Below, one piece after another: positions 8,505-17,124 of a DNA stretch of 43,762 bases. The DNA comes from Methanomicrobia archaeon (GTDB lineage: Archaea > Halobacteriota > Syntropharchaeia > Alkanophagales > Methanospirareceae). The stretch spans positions 1 through 43,762 of the forward strand of contig JAFGKP010000133.1 of assembly GCA_016928455.1 (NCBI GenBank). The letters run 5' to 3'. Under the pieces are notes generated by a model, which did not search any database, had not been told where the DNA came from, and saw only the letters and a list, made by a program, of their open reading frames with translations. Position 1 is the stretch's first letter, and each line of letters starts with the position of its first letter. The translations under genes were made by a program, and so were the position numbers.

Positions 8505-9621
8505 CTATTTCAGTTTCTTTTTGAGACGCGCTCTTTGAACGTTCAGTCTTACGTTTCAGTTTCAACCGCATCTTATAATAGCTCAACGGATGCCAGATCT
8601 TTTCACACACGTCATCACTATCAACGCAGTTACCGTAGGTCCGCATGGTTGAGCACGATGGTGCGGTATACTTGGTACTGCCCATTTCGCCCGATATGTG
8701 CACCACCTGGTACCGCGTTCGCTCCTCATCGAAATCCGGTGAGCTCCTGTAGAGCTCGATTATTTCATCTACCGTTAAGCCCACATTCAGCAGAAACGAG
8801 GTCACCGCGAACCGTGCGGTGTGTGGGACGTTAACACCCTCGCGTAAGTTGCTCAGAATTGCCTTGATACAGGGCGGGAAGCTACTTGGATCCTTCATCC
8901 GTATGCCCGTCTCGAACTCGTCCTCACCGAGCTGTTTCCGCCACGCTTCCAGCTCTGTTTCCAGCTCATTCGTGTATCGCCGCACCGACTCGCAGACCGT
9001 GGGAGGCACGTCAAGCGGCAGATCCTTACGTATACGCGCGTGAATCGCTTCCTGCAAAATGCGCAGAAACTCGTTCGTTCGCAGGTTCACCTGACCCTTA
9101 TCCAGCGCACGATTCACCAGCTTCCAGCGCTTGTCACGCAGATTCGCCGTGTATCGCAAGTACTCAGGGAACGGAATGCGTACCGGAGCGTGCTCGTGCG
9201 GCATTCCCAAAAGCTCAAGATGGAGCTCGAATTCAAGTGCCATCTCGTCGAGCAAATCGGTATCACCACCGGTGAACGTAGAGCCCTCTTTTAGTGCCAT
9301 GTACGCGGATTTCGCCTCGGCGAGTGCAAAGCGGCGAATAAGGTGCGCGTTGTTGATACAGGAGACCAGAATGCGAGCAAAAGGATACGAGAGCAGCTCA
9401 ATCTCCGCTTGACCCCTGCTCATTACCCTTGGCTTGCGAACCGCTCCTGCACGAATCGCTTCACGTACGCGTTCCTTGCCACGCACGCGCGCACGCTCCA
9501 ATGCGGCACCGGAAATAAGATCCTCGAGCGTAATGCCAGATGCTTCCACATAACTCGTTGCCGCAGCCAGAAACGGATAGTAGCTCAGATGCGCTGTTTC
9601 TACTACTTCTTCATCCATCAT
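8476..9621 (-). CDS. priL: DNA primase large (regulatory) subunit PriL
   Basis: 381 aa. YYPFL N-terminus, PPCIKAIL and the Cys set of the Fe-S domain (CSTMRTYGNCV...DDVC), HPLSYY near the C-terminus. Followed by an unusual about 30-aa charged tail that overlaps the RM gene start by 29 nt. Confidence 0.8.
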   Translation of the reverse strand: MMDEEVVETAHLSYYPFLAAATSYVEASGITLEDLISGAALERARVRGKERVREAIRAGAVRKPRVMSRGQAEIELLSYPFARILVSCINNAHLIRRFALAEAKSAYMALKEGSTFTGGDTDLLDEMALEFELHLELLGMPHEHAPVRIPFPEYLRYTANLRDKRWKLVNRALDKGQVNLRTNEFLRILQEAIHARIRKDLPLDVPPTVCESVRRYTNELETELEAWRKQLGEDEFETGIRMKDPSSFPPCIKAILSNLREGVNVPHTARFAVTSFLLNVGLTVDEIIELYRSSPDFDEERTRYQVVHISGEMGSTKYTAPSCSTMRTYGNCVDSDDVCEKIWHPLSYYKMRLKLKRKTERSKSASQKETEIDEGKTESEG

Positions 9622-9681
9622 ACGCTAACGAGCCTGTGCTGCTACTACCTGCCCGGCCCGGCGTTTCTACTTACTCGTCTA

Positions 9682-10434
9682 TTATTCAGATTCGATTCGT
9701 GGCGCAAGCAGATAGCTGACCTTGCCCTTGCCCTCTGCCAACTCGAATTCGACCTGCAACGGATAATCCTTGCCGAGGTTGAGCGTGATGTTCGCCGCGT
9801 GACTCATGCCTTTGCTCATCGCTGAGATATAATCGAGCGAGTAGAGCGAATGGAGCGTCCCGGGCGTCAAATGAACCAGCTGCTCCTTCCGCAGGGCCAA
9901 GCGCAGCTTATCCATCTCGCCCTCGACCTCCATGTAAAACTCCTCACCGTCTACGCCGAGCACGATATGGTCTCCGATCTTCTCCGCAGCCCGAATCGTA
10001 CGTCTGAATTCCTCGTTCTCAATCACTACCTGCACGGGGAACTCGAGCTCCGGCACCTTCGGCTCTTTTCGCAACGATCCAGGATCGAGTAGCGAGACCG
10101 TATAGTCGAGACTGCCCATCTTCGTAACCAACTTCTGAGCCTGCTCGTCCAGCCGCAGTGCGACATCCTCACGCCCACCAAAACCCAGGATATCGTGCAG
10201 CTTGACGAAATCGATACCCATTTCTATCGAATTTGCTTCCGACTCCTTCTCAAAACGATAATCATCAAATGCCTCGCGGGTCAGCTCAAAGGAGACCATC
10301 GCCACATTTGCGGGATCCACCGCTCTGAGCTGGAAACCAGCCGCGGATATGCGTAATTTGCCCTCATCAACCACCGCGATAATTGACTCGATACATTCTT
10401 TTAACACGTTAGCGTCTATCTTTGCCTCAAACAT
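9682..10434 (-). CDS. pcn: DNA polymerase sliding clamp (PCNA)
   Basis: 250 aa. MFEAKIDANVLKECIESI...RAVDPANVAMV...YSLDYI: typical archaeal PCNA pattern and length. Confidence 0.85.
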   Translation of the reverse strand: MFEAKIDANVLKECIESIIAVVDEGKLRISAAGFQLRAVDPANVAMVSFELTREAFDDYRFEKESEANSIEMGIDFVKLHDILGFGGREDVALRLDEQAQKLVTKMGSLDYTVSLLDPGSLRKEPKVPELEFPVQVVIENEEFRRTIRAAEKIGDHIVLGVDGEEFYMEVEGEMDKLRLALRKEQLVHLTPGTLHSLYSLDYISAMSKGMSHAANITLNLGKDYPLQVEFELAEGKGKVSYLLAPRIESE

Positions 10435-10473
10435 TTCTCTCCGTCCCCTATGGCTTGTTATACTATTGCCCCG

Positions 10474-10485
10474 TATATATTTAAA
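10474..10485 (+). promoter_or_regulatory. TATA-box-like element (TATATATTTAAA) about 20-25 nt upstream of the 10503 ATG; implies a leaderless or near-leaderless transcript
   Basis: AT-rich box in the 68-nt divergent intergenic region between pcn and the Cas4-like gene. Spacing fits archaeal TATA-to-TSS distance. Confidence 0.35.
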
Positions 10486-10502
10486 CTATTCGGTGTGAGA
10501 TC

Positions 10503-11348
10503 ATGCTCGACACGCAGGATCGCTCCACGCTCGTTAAAGTCTCCGAACTGACGCATTACCTCCTATGTCCGCGGCTGGTCTATTTCAACGCTCAGGGTAA
10601 GCAACAGCCAGCGCATGTGCAGAAGAACGATCGCAGCGCTATCGAGCATGCACTGTTCAAGGAGCTGGGCTTCAGCTGGCAGAAACTCTGTTTGGGCGAT
10701 CAGGAAAATGTGCCGAAGAGCAGGGATCGGAAACCTGATGAAGCGATTGCGCAGACGCTGGCGGAGATCACTGATGACCTCGAGTTGATTTATAAGAACG
10801 AACTGGGCTCGGTGAGTGAGGATCTTCTCGAGCGTGTGAAAACGGACTTTGTGACGCTGATCAGCACCAGCGAATGGCTCGGGCGGCTGCAATCGAACGA
10901 TGAACTGGCGTTGTTGGAGCGTTCTTTCGGATTTGAGCGGGAACGTTCGGTCATCTCGCAGCGGTTAGGGCTGGTCGGGAGCATGGATAAACTGATACGA
11001 ACCGGGGACGAGCATATCCCCTGCATCATAAAGACCGGCAGATGCCCTGCGTATAGCGTGTGGAAACGTGATCGTATGCAGCTCGCTGCGTATGCTCTGC
11101 TCCTTGAGGATGCATACGAAACGACGGTGCAGCGCGGCTTTGTGGAGTATATCCGCGCACCAGAAGTTCGCACGGCGGTTATCAAGCGGGGTGATCGTGC
11201 ACTTGCCCTGCAGACCGTGAAACGCGTCAAACGGGTGAAGAACGGGCTATTCCCCGATAAGGGCGAGCATGCTCCCTGTGAGCACTGTGCCTTCGCGGCG
11301 CAGTGCGAGACGAGGAGAACGCTCCTTTCGCGATTGCTGATGCGGTAA
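10503..11348 (+). CDS. Stand-alone Cas4-like / RecB-family PD-(D/E)xK nuclease-fold protein with four-Cys cluster
   Basis: N-terminal Cys in THYLLCPRLVYF. C-terminal CEHCAFAAQC. QLAAYALLLE (QxxxY motif). GSMDKL...IPCIIKTG aligns with the Cas4 D...ExK region, but the Glu position appears to be Ile. Confidence 0.65.
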   Translation: MLDTQDRSTLVKVSELTHYLLCPRLVYFNAQGKQQPAHVQKNDRSAIEHALFKELGFSWQKLCLGDQENVPKSRDRKPDEAIAQTLAEITDDLELIYKNELGSVSEDLLERVKTDFVTLISTSEWLGRLQSNDELALLERSFGFERERSVISQRLGLVGSMDKLIRTGDEHIPCIIKTGRCPAYSVWKRDRMQLAAYALLLEDAYETTVQRGFVEYIRAPEVRTAVIKRGDRALALQTVKRVKRVKNGLFPDKGEHAPCEHCAFAAQCETRRTLLSRLLMR

Positions 11349-11369
11349 AGCACGCCGCGAGCAATTACG

Positions 11370-12107
11370 CTACTTCCCTGAGCGCGCGCTCGGTGAACGC
11401 ATCTTCTCGGTCATTCGCTGGAATTGCTCAGACGGCTCAGCGGTGCCCGCAGTGCTCAACGGAACGGCCTCTGCAATTCCCCGCAGGTGCTCCACGGGGA
11501 TCGATGCAACCATGAGATCGGAGTCCCAGCGCTCCATCCGGCGTGCACTGATGTCGCCAACCGAGAGATTGAAGTTCCCTGAGATGAGCGGGTAGGTCAC
11601 CATGCTCCAGCAGAGCGACCCCCGCATCTCGAGCGAGGGCGTCTTCCCGTCCCAGAACTGGTTCAAGGTAATGAGTCGAGCAGCCTGCTCGGCATCGACC
11701 AGGAGTAGCACAAGATCGGGCCGAAATACCTTCTTCACGACGGGATAAAAGTAGACATGCGCGGCCAGCCCTACAGGCGGCTTCGCGAACTTCTCCGTCT
11801 CCGCGCTTGACCGAATCGCGGTTTTCACGTCATACCAGAGCTTCTCACCCTCCACGAGCAGCTGCCACGGTATCGTGCTCCGCTGGGTCAGGCCGATATG
11901 GCTTCTACCGCCTGAGCAGGCGCAGCGATCTTCCGAGAGCATAATGACCGCGCCGTCCGCAGCCCGCAGTATCGCGCCACAGACCGTGTAGCTTCCCCCC
12001 TCAGGCTCCACAGCCGGCGAGTCGTCCGTATACGTAACGCCAACGGGCGCTTTCCGTACACCGAGCGCATCCGCAATTATCCGCACCATTTCGGCATAGT
12101 CGTTCAT
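11370..12107 (-). CDS. DUF169-family protein (COG2043-like)
   Basis: 245 aa. APVGVTY, YTVCGAIL, CACSGGRSHIGL resemble the DUF169 signature. Function unknown. Confidence 0.55.
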   Translation of the reverse strand: MNDYAEMVRIIADALGVRKAPVGVTYTDDSPAVEPEGGSYTVCGAILRAADGAVIMLSEDRCACSGGRSHIGLTQRSTIPWQLLVEGEKLWYDVKTAIRSSAETEKFAKPPVGLAAHVYFYPVVKKVFRPDLVLLLVDAEQAARLITLNQFWDGKTPSLEMRGSLCWSMVTYPLISGNFNLSVGDISARRMERWDSDLMVASIPVEHLRGIAEAVPLSTAGTAEPSEQFQRMTEKMRSPSARSGK

Positions 12108-12255
12108 TACGATTCGCTCCTTTTTGACACCTCAGTGAACCCGTAGTTCTACCAGCCTTAAGTAGATAGAGTACGAATAAGACTTTGTCGGTAGCTCCAG
12201 GGGGATCTCTAATCCTGGAGCTTTACCGTGCCATCAATTGTGACCGGTGTGTAAA

Positions 12256-13392
12256 ATGGAAGAGCGGGGTATGAGCAGGGAGGCGGTTGAGTCACTGCTT
12301 CAGGAGAAGAAGTTGATGGACCTGCCGTACGAGCGGATTTTGAGCTCTATGTGCACCTATCCGCACGAAATCGCGATCTACGCGCACAAGCTGTTCTTAG
12401 AATCGAATCTCGGTGATTCAGAGCTCTTTCCCGGAACGAAGGAGATGGAGGAGAAAGTCGTTCGTATGATCGGCTCGCTACTCCACACTGAAAATGCGGC
12501 CGGTTACATCTCCACCGGGGGTACAGAATCGAATATTCAGACCATACGCGCGATCCGAAACCGGAGACGGAAAGCGGGTATGCGCGATATGAACATCATT
12601 GTTCCCCAAACCGCTCATTTCTCGTTCGAGAAAGTTGCGGACCTCTTGAACCTTGAGGTGCGGCAGGCTTCGCTGGACCCGCAGCTAAAAGTGGATGTAA
12701 ATGCGGTAGAACGACTGATTGATAGTAATACGATCGCGCTGGTGGGGATAGCGGGAACGACGGAATTCGGTCAGATAGATCCGATAGAGGAGCTCTCGGC
12801 GCTCGCATGCGATCGAGATCTCTTTCTGCTCGTGGATGCGGCCTTTGGCGGGTTCGTGATACCGTTCCTTGAGACGCACTATGAGTTCGACTTCGCGCTC
12901 GACGGCGTGAGTGCCATATCAGTCGACCCGCATAAGATGGGCCTGAGCACGCTCGGCGCGGGCTGCATCCTGTTCCGCGATCCGACGTTCCTGGATGAGT
13001 TGGTAGTGGCAACGCCGTATCTGAGCACGAAGCAGCAGTACTCGCTCGTCGGCACGAGGAGTGGCGCATCCGCGGCAGCGACGTACGCCGTGCTCAAATG
13101 TCTCGGTCGAGAGGGGCTGCAAGAAATTGTGCACGAATGCATGCGCCTCACAAGCTTGCTGATTTGCGGCACAAAGCGGCTTGGCATCTTCCCTGTCATC
13201 GAGCCCGTGATGAACGTCGTGACCCTGAAGTTACCGGAAGGCGATGTAGACCGTGTGAAGAAGGCGATGGAAGAGCGGCGATGGCGTGTATCACTAACGC
13301 GAAGCCCCAGAGCGCTGCGGCTCGTGATCATGCCGCATGTGGATGAAGAGACGATACAGTACTTCCTGGAGGATCTGGAGGATATCCTTTGA
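12256..13392 (+). CDS. mfnA: PLP-dependent L-tyrosine/L-aspartate decarboxylase MfnA
   Basis: ILSSMCTYPH, GYISTGGTESN, SVDPHKMG (PLP-Lys) and length are typical of archaeal MfnA. The track ORF begins at GTG 12247; the ATG at 12256 or 12271 is more plausible. Confidence 0.8.
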   Translation: MEERGMSREAVESLLQEKKLMDLPYERILSSMCTYPHEIAIYAHKLFLESNLGDSELFPGTKEMEEKVVRMIGSLLHTENAAGYISTGGTESNIQTIRAIRNRRRKAGMRDMNIIVPQTAHFSFEKVADLLNLEVRQASLDPQLKVDVNAVERLIDSNTIALVGIAGTTEFGQIDPIEELSALACDRDLFLLVDAAFGGFVIPFLETHYEFDFALDGVSAISVDPHKMGLSTLGAGCILFRDPTFLDELVVATPYLSTKQQYSLVGTRSGASAAATYAVLKCLGREGLQEIVHECMRLTSLLICGTKRLGIFPVIEPVMNVVTLKLPEGDVDRVKKAMEERRWRVSLTRSPRALRLVIMPHVDEETIQYFLEDLEDIL

Positions 13393-13533
13393 GATACTGC
13401 AGGGTAATGTAACAGCGAAGAGCGATGCTTGCCGCAAGCAGGCGGGTAAACACATCAACCCACACCCAGCCCTCTATTATATAGATACGGTAGCGTGGAG
13501 GAGTAGTCCGCGAGCTCCTCGACGTCGTGTTTG

Positions 13534-14199
13534 TTAGAAGAAAGCGGAGAACATGCGCTTCACGAACTCGTAATTCCGCTGTACACGCTCGTAACCGATA
13601 AGTACCTCGCCATGGCCGGGCAGCAGGAGTTCGGTATTCAGCCGCGAGATACGGTCAATCGATGCTTTTAGCGCCACTGTATCGCCAAATGGCAGATCAG
13701 TACGCCCCACACCCTGCTCAAAGAGCAGATCCCCGCAGATCAAGAACTTCCGCGCGGGCGCGTAGAAGCAGATCCCGCATGGCGAATGACCCGGTGTTTC
13801 TACAATATCAAGCTCGAGCTCGCAGCCCAAACTCAGCCGTTCTTCCAGCAGCAGGTCGGCGGAGAATCTCTGCTCGATCCCCACACCAAGGGCGTCCCGG
13901 GAGCCCGCATCCATCGCCTCGAAATGCTCGACCTGCACCGGATGGAGCGCTACCTTCGCGCCGGTGACCTCCCTGAGCGCGGCCGTTGCTCCGCAGTGAT
14001 CGGGATGCAGATGCGTCACCGCGATCAGGTCAATGTCCGCGGGCTCAATACCGTCGTCCTGCAGCGCGAGCAATCGCGGCCGGAGATACCTGTCCAGGCC
14101 AGGGTCAATCAGTATCGTTCGCTCGTCACGGATCACAAAGGTATTAGCGTCAAAGAAGCCTCGTTCCCGATACCAGTAGAGTCCGTCTCGTAATTTCAT
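13534..14199 (-). CDS. MBL-fold metallo-hydrolase (glyoxalase II-like)
   Basis: Canonical THLHPDHCG motif, TPGHSPCG, CGDLLF, LPGHG. Confidence 0.75.
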   Translation of the reverse strand: MKLRDGLYWYRERGFFDANTFVIRDERTILIDPGLDRYLRPRLLALQDDGIEPADIDLIAVTHLHPDHCGATAALREVTGAKVALHPVQVEHFEAMDAGSRDALGVGIEQRFSADLLLEERLSLGCELELDIVETPGHSPCGICFYAPARKFLICGDLLFEQGVGRTDLPFGDTVALKASIDRISRLNTELLLPGHGEVLIGYERVQRNYEFVKRMFSAFF

Positions 14200-14209
14200 G
14201 GATCTTAGC

Positions 14210-14851
14210 TTAAGGCATCAGGAGTATGCCAATGACGATCAAGACAGATTCGACGAGTGCTGCAATAAAGAGGAGCGGAAGAATCAACCGCAGATAGACG
14301 TGCAGTCCATCGCCGAACTTCAGTTTCAACTGCCGCGATCCTTTCGGCCTCAATGCCTCACGTGCCAGACGCAAGCCAATCGCGAGACTGATGAAATACG
14401 CGGGGAGCTCAAACATACCGTGCGGTACTATTGCGAGAAAGACGATCAAGCCCTCTTCATGCGCCAGCCACCCGAGTAACCCGCCGTTAATAAGTGTGGA
14501 GAAGAGCGGAAAGATCCCCAATAAGGGCCCCAAAAGGATATTGAGCAAGCAGGTAAAGGCGTTATTCAGGAAGATAACGACGAAGAACAGCAAGAAGATG
14601 ACCCATGAGGGATAGAGCTCAGTAAAGTCCTCGATGCCCTCGCTCAACTGCTCCAGCCATGCCAGTGATTCACTGAAGACGTCGCTGAAGAATTCCAGAT
14701 AGCCGACGCCCACCGCAGCAGCAAAGAGAATACAGACGAATAAGAGGTAATATCTGAGCGAATAGAGATACTCACGCAGCGATACGACGTCTCCCCCCAT
14801 TTGTCTCCCTTCTAGGTTAGTCCGCAGTGCATATATAGCTGGGGGATGCAT
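14210..14851 (-). CDS. SpoIIM/DUF95-like integral membrane protein
   Basis: Multi-pass hydrophobic profile, NNAFTCLLNILLG and PHGMFELPAYFISLAIG resemble the DUF95 family. The true start may be the internal Met at 14800. Confidence 0.5.
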   Translation of the reverse strand: MHPPAIYALRTNLEGRQMGGDVVSLREYLYSLRYYLLFVCILFAAAVGVGYLEFFSDVFSESLAWLEQLSEGIEDFTELYPSWVIFLLFFVVIFLNNAFTCLLNILLGPLLGIFPLFSTLINGGLLGWLAHEEGLIVFLAIVPHGMFELPAYFISLAIGLRLAREALRPKGSRQLKLKFGDGLHVYLRLILPLLFIAALVESVLIVIGILLMP

Positions 14852-14856
14852 TGACG

Positions 14857-15276
14857 CTAGAGCGTATAAAAGAAGGCATACTCGGTCGCCGTCGGCAATC
14901 GCCGTCGTAATCGCCGCACATCCTCCCGATTGATGAAGAGCGTCTCGTCAGCTTCGCCCCCCTTCCCCGTATCCAATACGCGCCGAACGACCGCGCAGTC
15001 AAGCACACCATGCACCCGCGCGAACCCGCGCCCATAATCAGCGGTAAGCTCAAGGTAGATCGGGAGCCGTAAACTCCGTTGCTCATCCTCAGATACCAGT
15101 GTCGCGAGTTCCTCCAGTTCGCCCCGCATGATACGGTGTAGCGAGCCGTCTCGCGCTCGCACGGCGGGTTTCTCTTCGCGCAACAAGGCGAGCAGGGTCT
15201 TGCGTTCCGCGGGTAAATGCTTGTTCAGCGCTTTGACCGCCTTGATAAGGATGCGCTCGTCTGGCCGCTCAATCAT
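14857..15276 (-). CDS. UPF0216 (DUF61) family archaeal protein
   Basis: LNKHLPAERKTLLALL...RDGSLHRIMRGELEELA...LRLPIYLE matches the UPF0216 pattern. Confidence 0.6.
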   Translation of the reverse strand: MIERPDERILIKAVKALNKHLPAERKTLLALLREEKPAVRARDGSLHRIMRGELEELATLVSEDEQRSLRLPIYLELTADYGRGFARVHGVLDCAVVRRVLDTGKGGEADETLFINREDVRRLRRRLPTATEYAFFYTL

Positions 15277-15375
15277 GGTGCACGTTTAAGAGTAGTGAGC
15301 TCAGGGCATATAAGGGCGAATAACCTTTAAATAGAACTACTCACATACACTTTAAACTGTAGGTGACAATACAAC

Positions 15376-17013
15376 ATGGCACAATTAGGTGGTACACCGA
15401 TATTGGTGTTACGAGAAGGTAGTGAGCGAACACGAGGCAGAGACGCGCAGAGCAGGAACATTATGGCAGCGAAGACCATTGCGAACGCCGTCAAGTCCAC
15501 CCTCGGACCAAAAGGGATGGATAAGATGCTCGTTGACTCGATGGGCGACGTGGTAATCACGAACGATGGGGCGACGATCCTGAAGGAGATGGATATCGAG
15601 CACCCGGCAGCGAAGATGATGGTCGAGATCGCAAAGACGCAGGACGAAGAGGTTGGCGATGGCACGACGAGCGCGGTTATACTCGCCGGCGAGCTGCTCA
15701 AGCGAGCCGAGGATCTTCTGGAGCAGGAAGTGCACCCGACGCTGATCGCAACCGGATATCGTTTAGCCGCAGAAAAGGCCTACGAGATTCTTGAGGGCAT
15801 AGCGGAGAAGATCTCGCCGCGAGATACGAATACGCTGAAGAATATCGCCCTCACGTCATTGACCGGAAAGGGCGCGGGCACGGCACGCGAGATGCTCACT
15901 GATCTCGCCGTTGACGCGGTGAAGATGATCGCGGAGAAGGGCGTAAAGAAGATCGACATTGACCATATCAAGCTGGAGAAGAAGACCGGTGGCAGTACCG
16001 AAGATACCGCTCTGATCTCAGGCATGATCGTGGACAAGGAGCGTGTGCACCCCGGCATGCCGAAGACCGTGCAGAACGCGAAGATCGCACTGGTCAATTC
16101 CGCGCTGGAAATCGAAAAGACCGAGGTTGATGCGAAGATCGAGATCACCGCGCCTGAGCAGCTGAAGTCGTTCCTCGAGGAAGAGGAGAGGATGCTAAAG
16201 GAGATGGTTGAGACGGTGGCCGCGAGTGGCGCCAACGTGCTCTTTTGCCAGAAGGGCATTGACGACCTCGCGCAGCACTATCTGGCGAAGAAAGGGATCT
16301 TTGCGGTACGGCGCGTGAAGGAGAGCGATATGAAGAAGCTGGCGAGCGCAACCGGTGGCAAGATCCAGACGAGCCTGGAAGAGGTGCGTCCTGAAGATCT
16401 CGGCAAGGCCGGTCTGGTTGAGGAGCGGAAGATCGGCGGTGAGGAGATGATCTTCGTTGAGGAGTGCCAGAACCCGAAAGCAGTCTCAATCTTACTGCGC
16501 GGCGGAACCGAGCACGTGGTTGATGAGCTGGAGCGCGGGATGAACGATGCGTTGCGGGTCGTTGCAGTTGCGATGGAGGATGGCAAGTACGTTGCGGGCG
16601 GCGGAGCTGCTGAGATCGAGCTGGCGCTCAGGCTGCGAGAGTACGCGGCAAGCGTTGGCGGTCGTGAGCAACTGGCCATTCAGGCGTTTGCCGATGCCAT
16701 CGAGGTTATTCCACGGGCATTAGCCGAGAACGCCGGTCTTGATCCGATTGACATGCTCGTTGCATTACGCTCGGCGCACGAGCGAGGCGAGAAGACCGCA
16801 GGCCTGGACGTCTTCAAGGGCGAGCCAACCGATATGAAGAAGGCCGGTGTGATCGAGCCGCTCCGTGTGAAGACCCAAGCGATCAGCTCGGGCACAGAAT
16901 CGGCGGTGATGATTCTGCGAATCGACGATGTTATCGCATCGAGCAGAGAGAAGATGCCAGGTGGTGGCGGCATGCCGCCAGGTGGCATGGGTGGCATGGA
17001 AGAGGAGTACTAA
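15376..17013 (+). CDS. ths: Thermosome subunit (group II chaperonin)
   Basis: 545 aa. [37 protein letters not shown] and the GGM-type C-terminal tail. Confidence 0.95.
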   Translation: MAQLGGTPILVLREGSERTRGRDAQSRNIMAAKTIANAVKSTLGPKGMDKMLVDSMGDVVITNDGATILKEMDIEHPAAKMMVEIAKTQDEEVGDGTTSAVILAGELLKRAEDLLEQEVHPTLIATGYRLAAEKAYEILEGIAEKISPRDTNTLKNIALTSLTGKGAGTAREMLTDLAVDAVKMIAEKGVKKIDIDHIKLEKKTGGSTEDTALISGMIVDKERVHPGMPKTVQNAKIALVNSALEIEKTEVDAKIEITAPEQLKSFLEEEERMLKEMVETVAASGANVLFCQKGIDDLAQHYLAKKGIFAVRRVKESDMKKLASATGGKIQTSLEEVRPEDLGKAGLVEERKIGGEEMIFVEECQNPKAVSILLRGGTEHVVDELERGMNDALRVVAVAMEDGKYVAGGGAAEIELALRLREYAASVGGREQLAIQAFADAIEVIPRALAENAGLDPIDMLVALRSAHERGEKTAGLDVFKGEPTDMKKAGVIEPLRVKTQAISSGTESAVMILRIDDVIASSREKMPGGGGMPPGGMGGMEEEY

Positions 17014-17017
17014 CCAC

Positions 17018-17057
17018 TTTTTTTCCTCTTTTTTCCCCTTTTTTTTCTTTTTTTCTT
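17018..17057 (+). terminator. Series of oligo-T tracts immediately after the thermosome stop codon (archaeal intrinsic-terminator-like)
   Basis: CTTTTTTTCCTCTTTTTTCCCCTTTTTTTTCTTTTTTTC read directly. Archaeal termination commonly occurs at T-runs. Confidence 0.55.
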
Positions 17058-17072
17058 AGACGTTAGTTCAGC

Positions 17073-17088
17073 TTTTTTTTTATATACC
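17073..17088 (+). promoter_or_regulatory. TATA-box-like element (TTTTTTTTTATATACC) about 40 nt upstream of the dnaK ATG
   Basis: Sequence and spacing consistent with an independent dnaK promoter. Confidence 0.4.
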
Positions 17089-17124
17089 AGGTAAGGATGC
17101 AAGGACAAGAAGGGGTTTTGTAAA

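Noticed and set aside
8313-8834. 173-aa plus-strand ORF spanning the RM-priL junction
   Set aside because: Antisense to two supported genes, with a low-complexity product.
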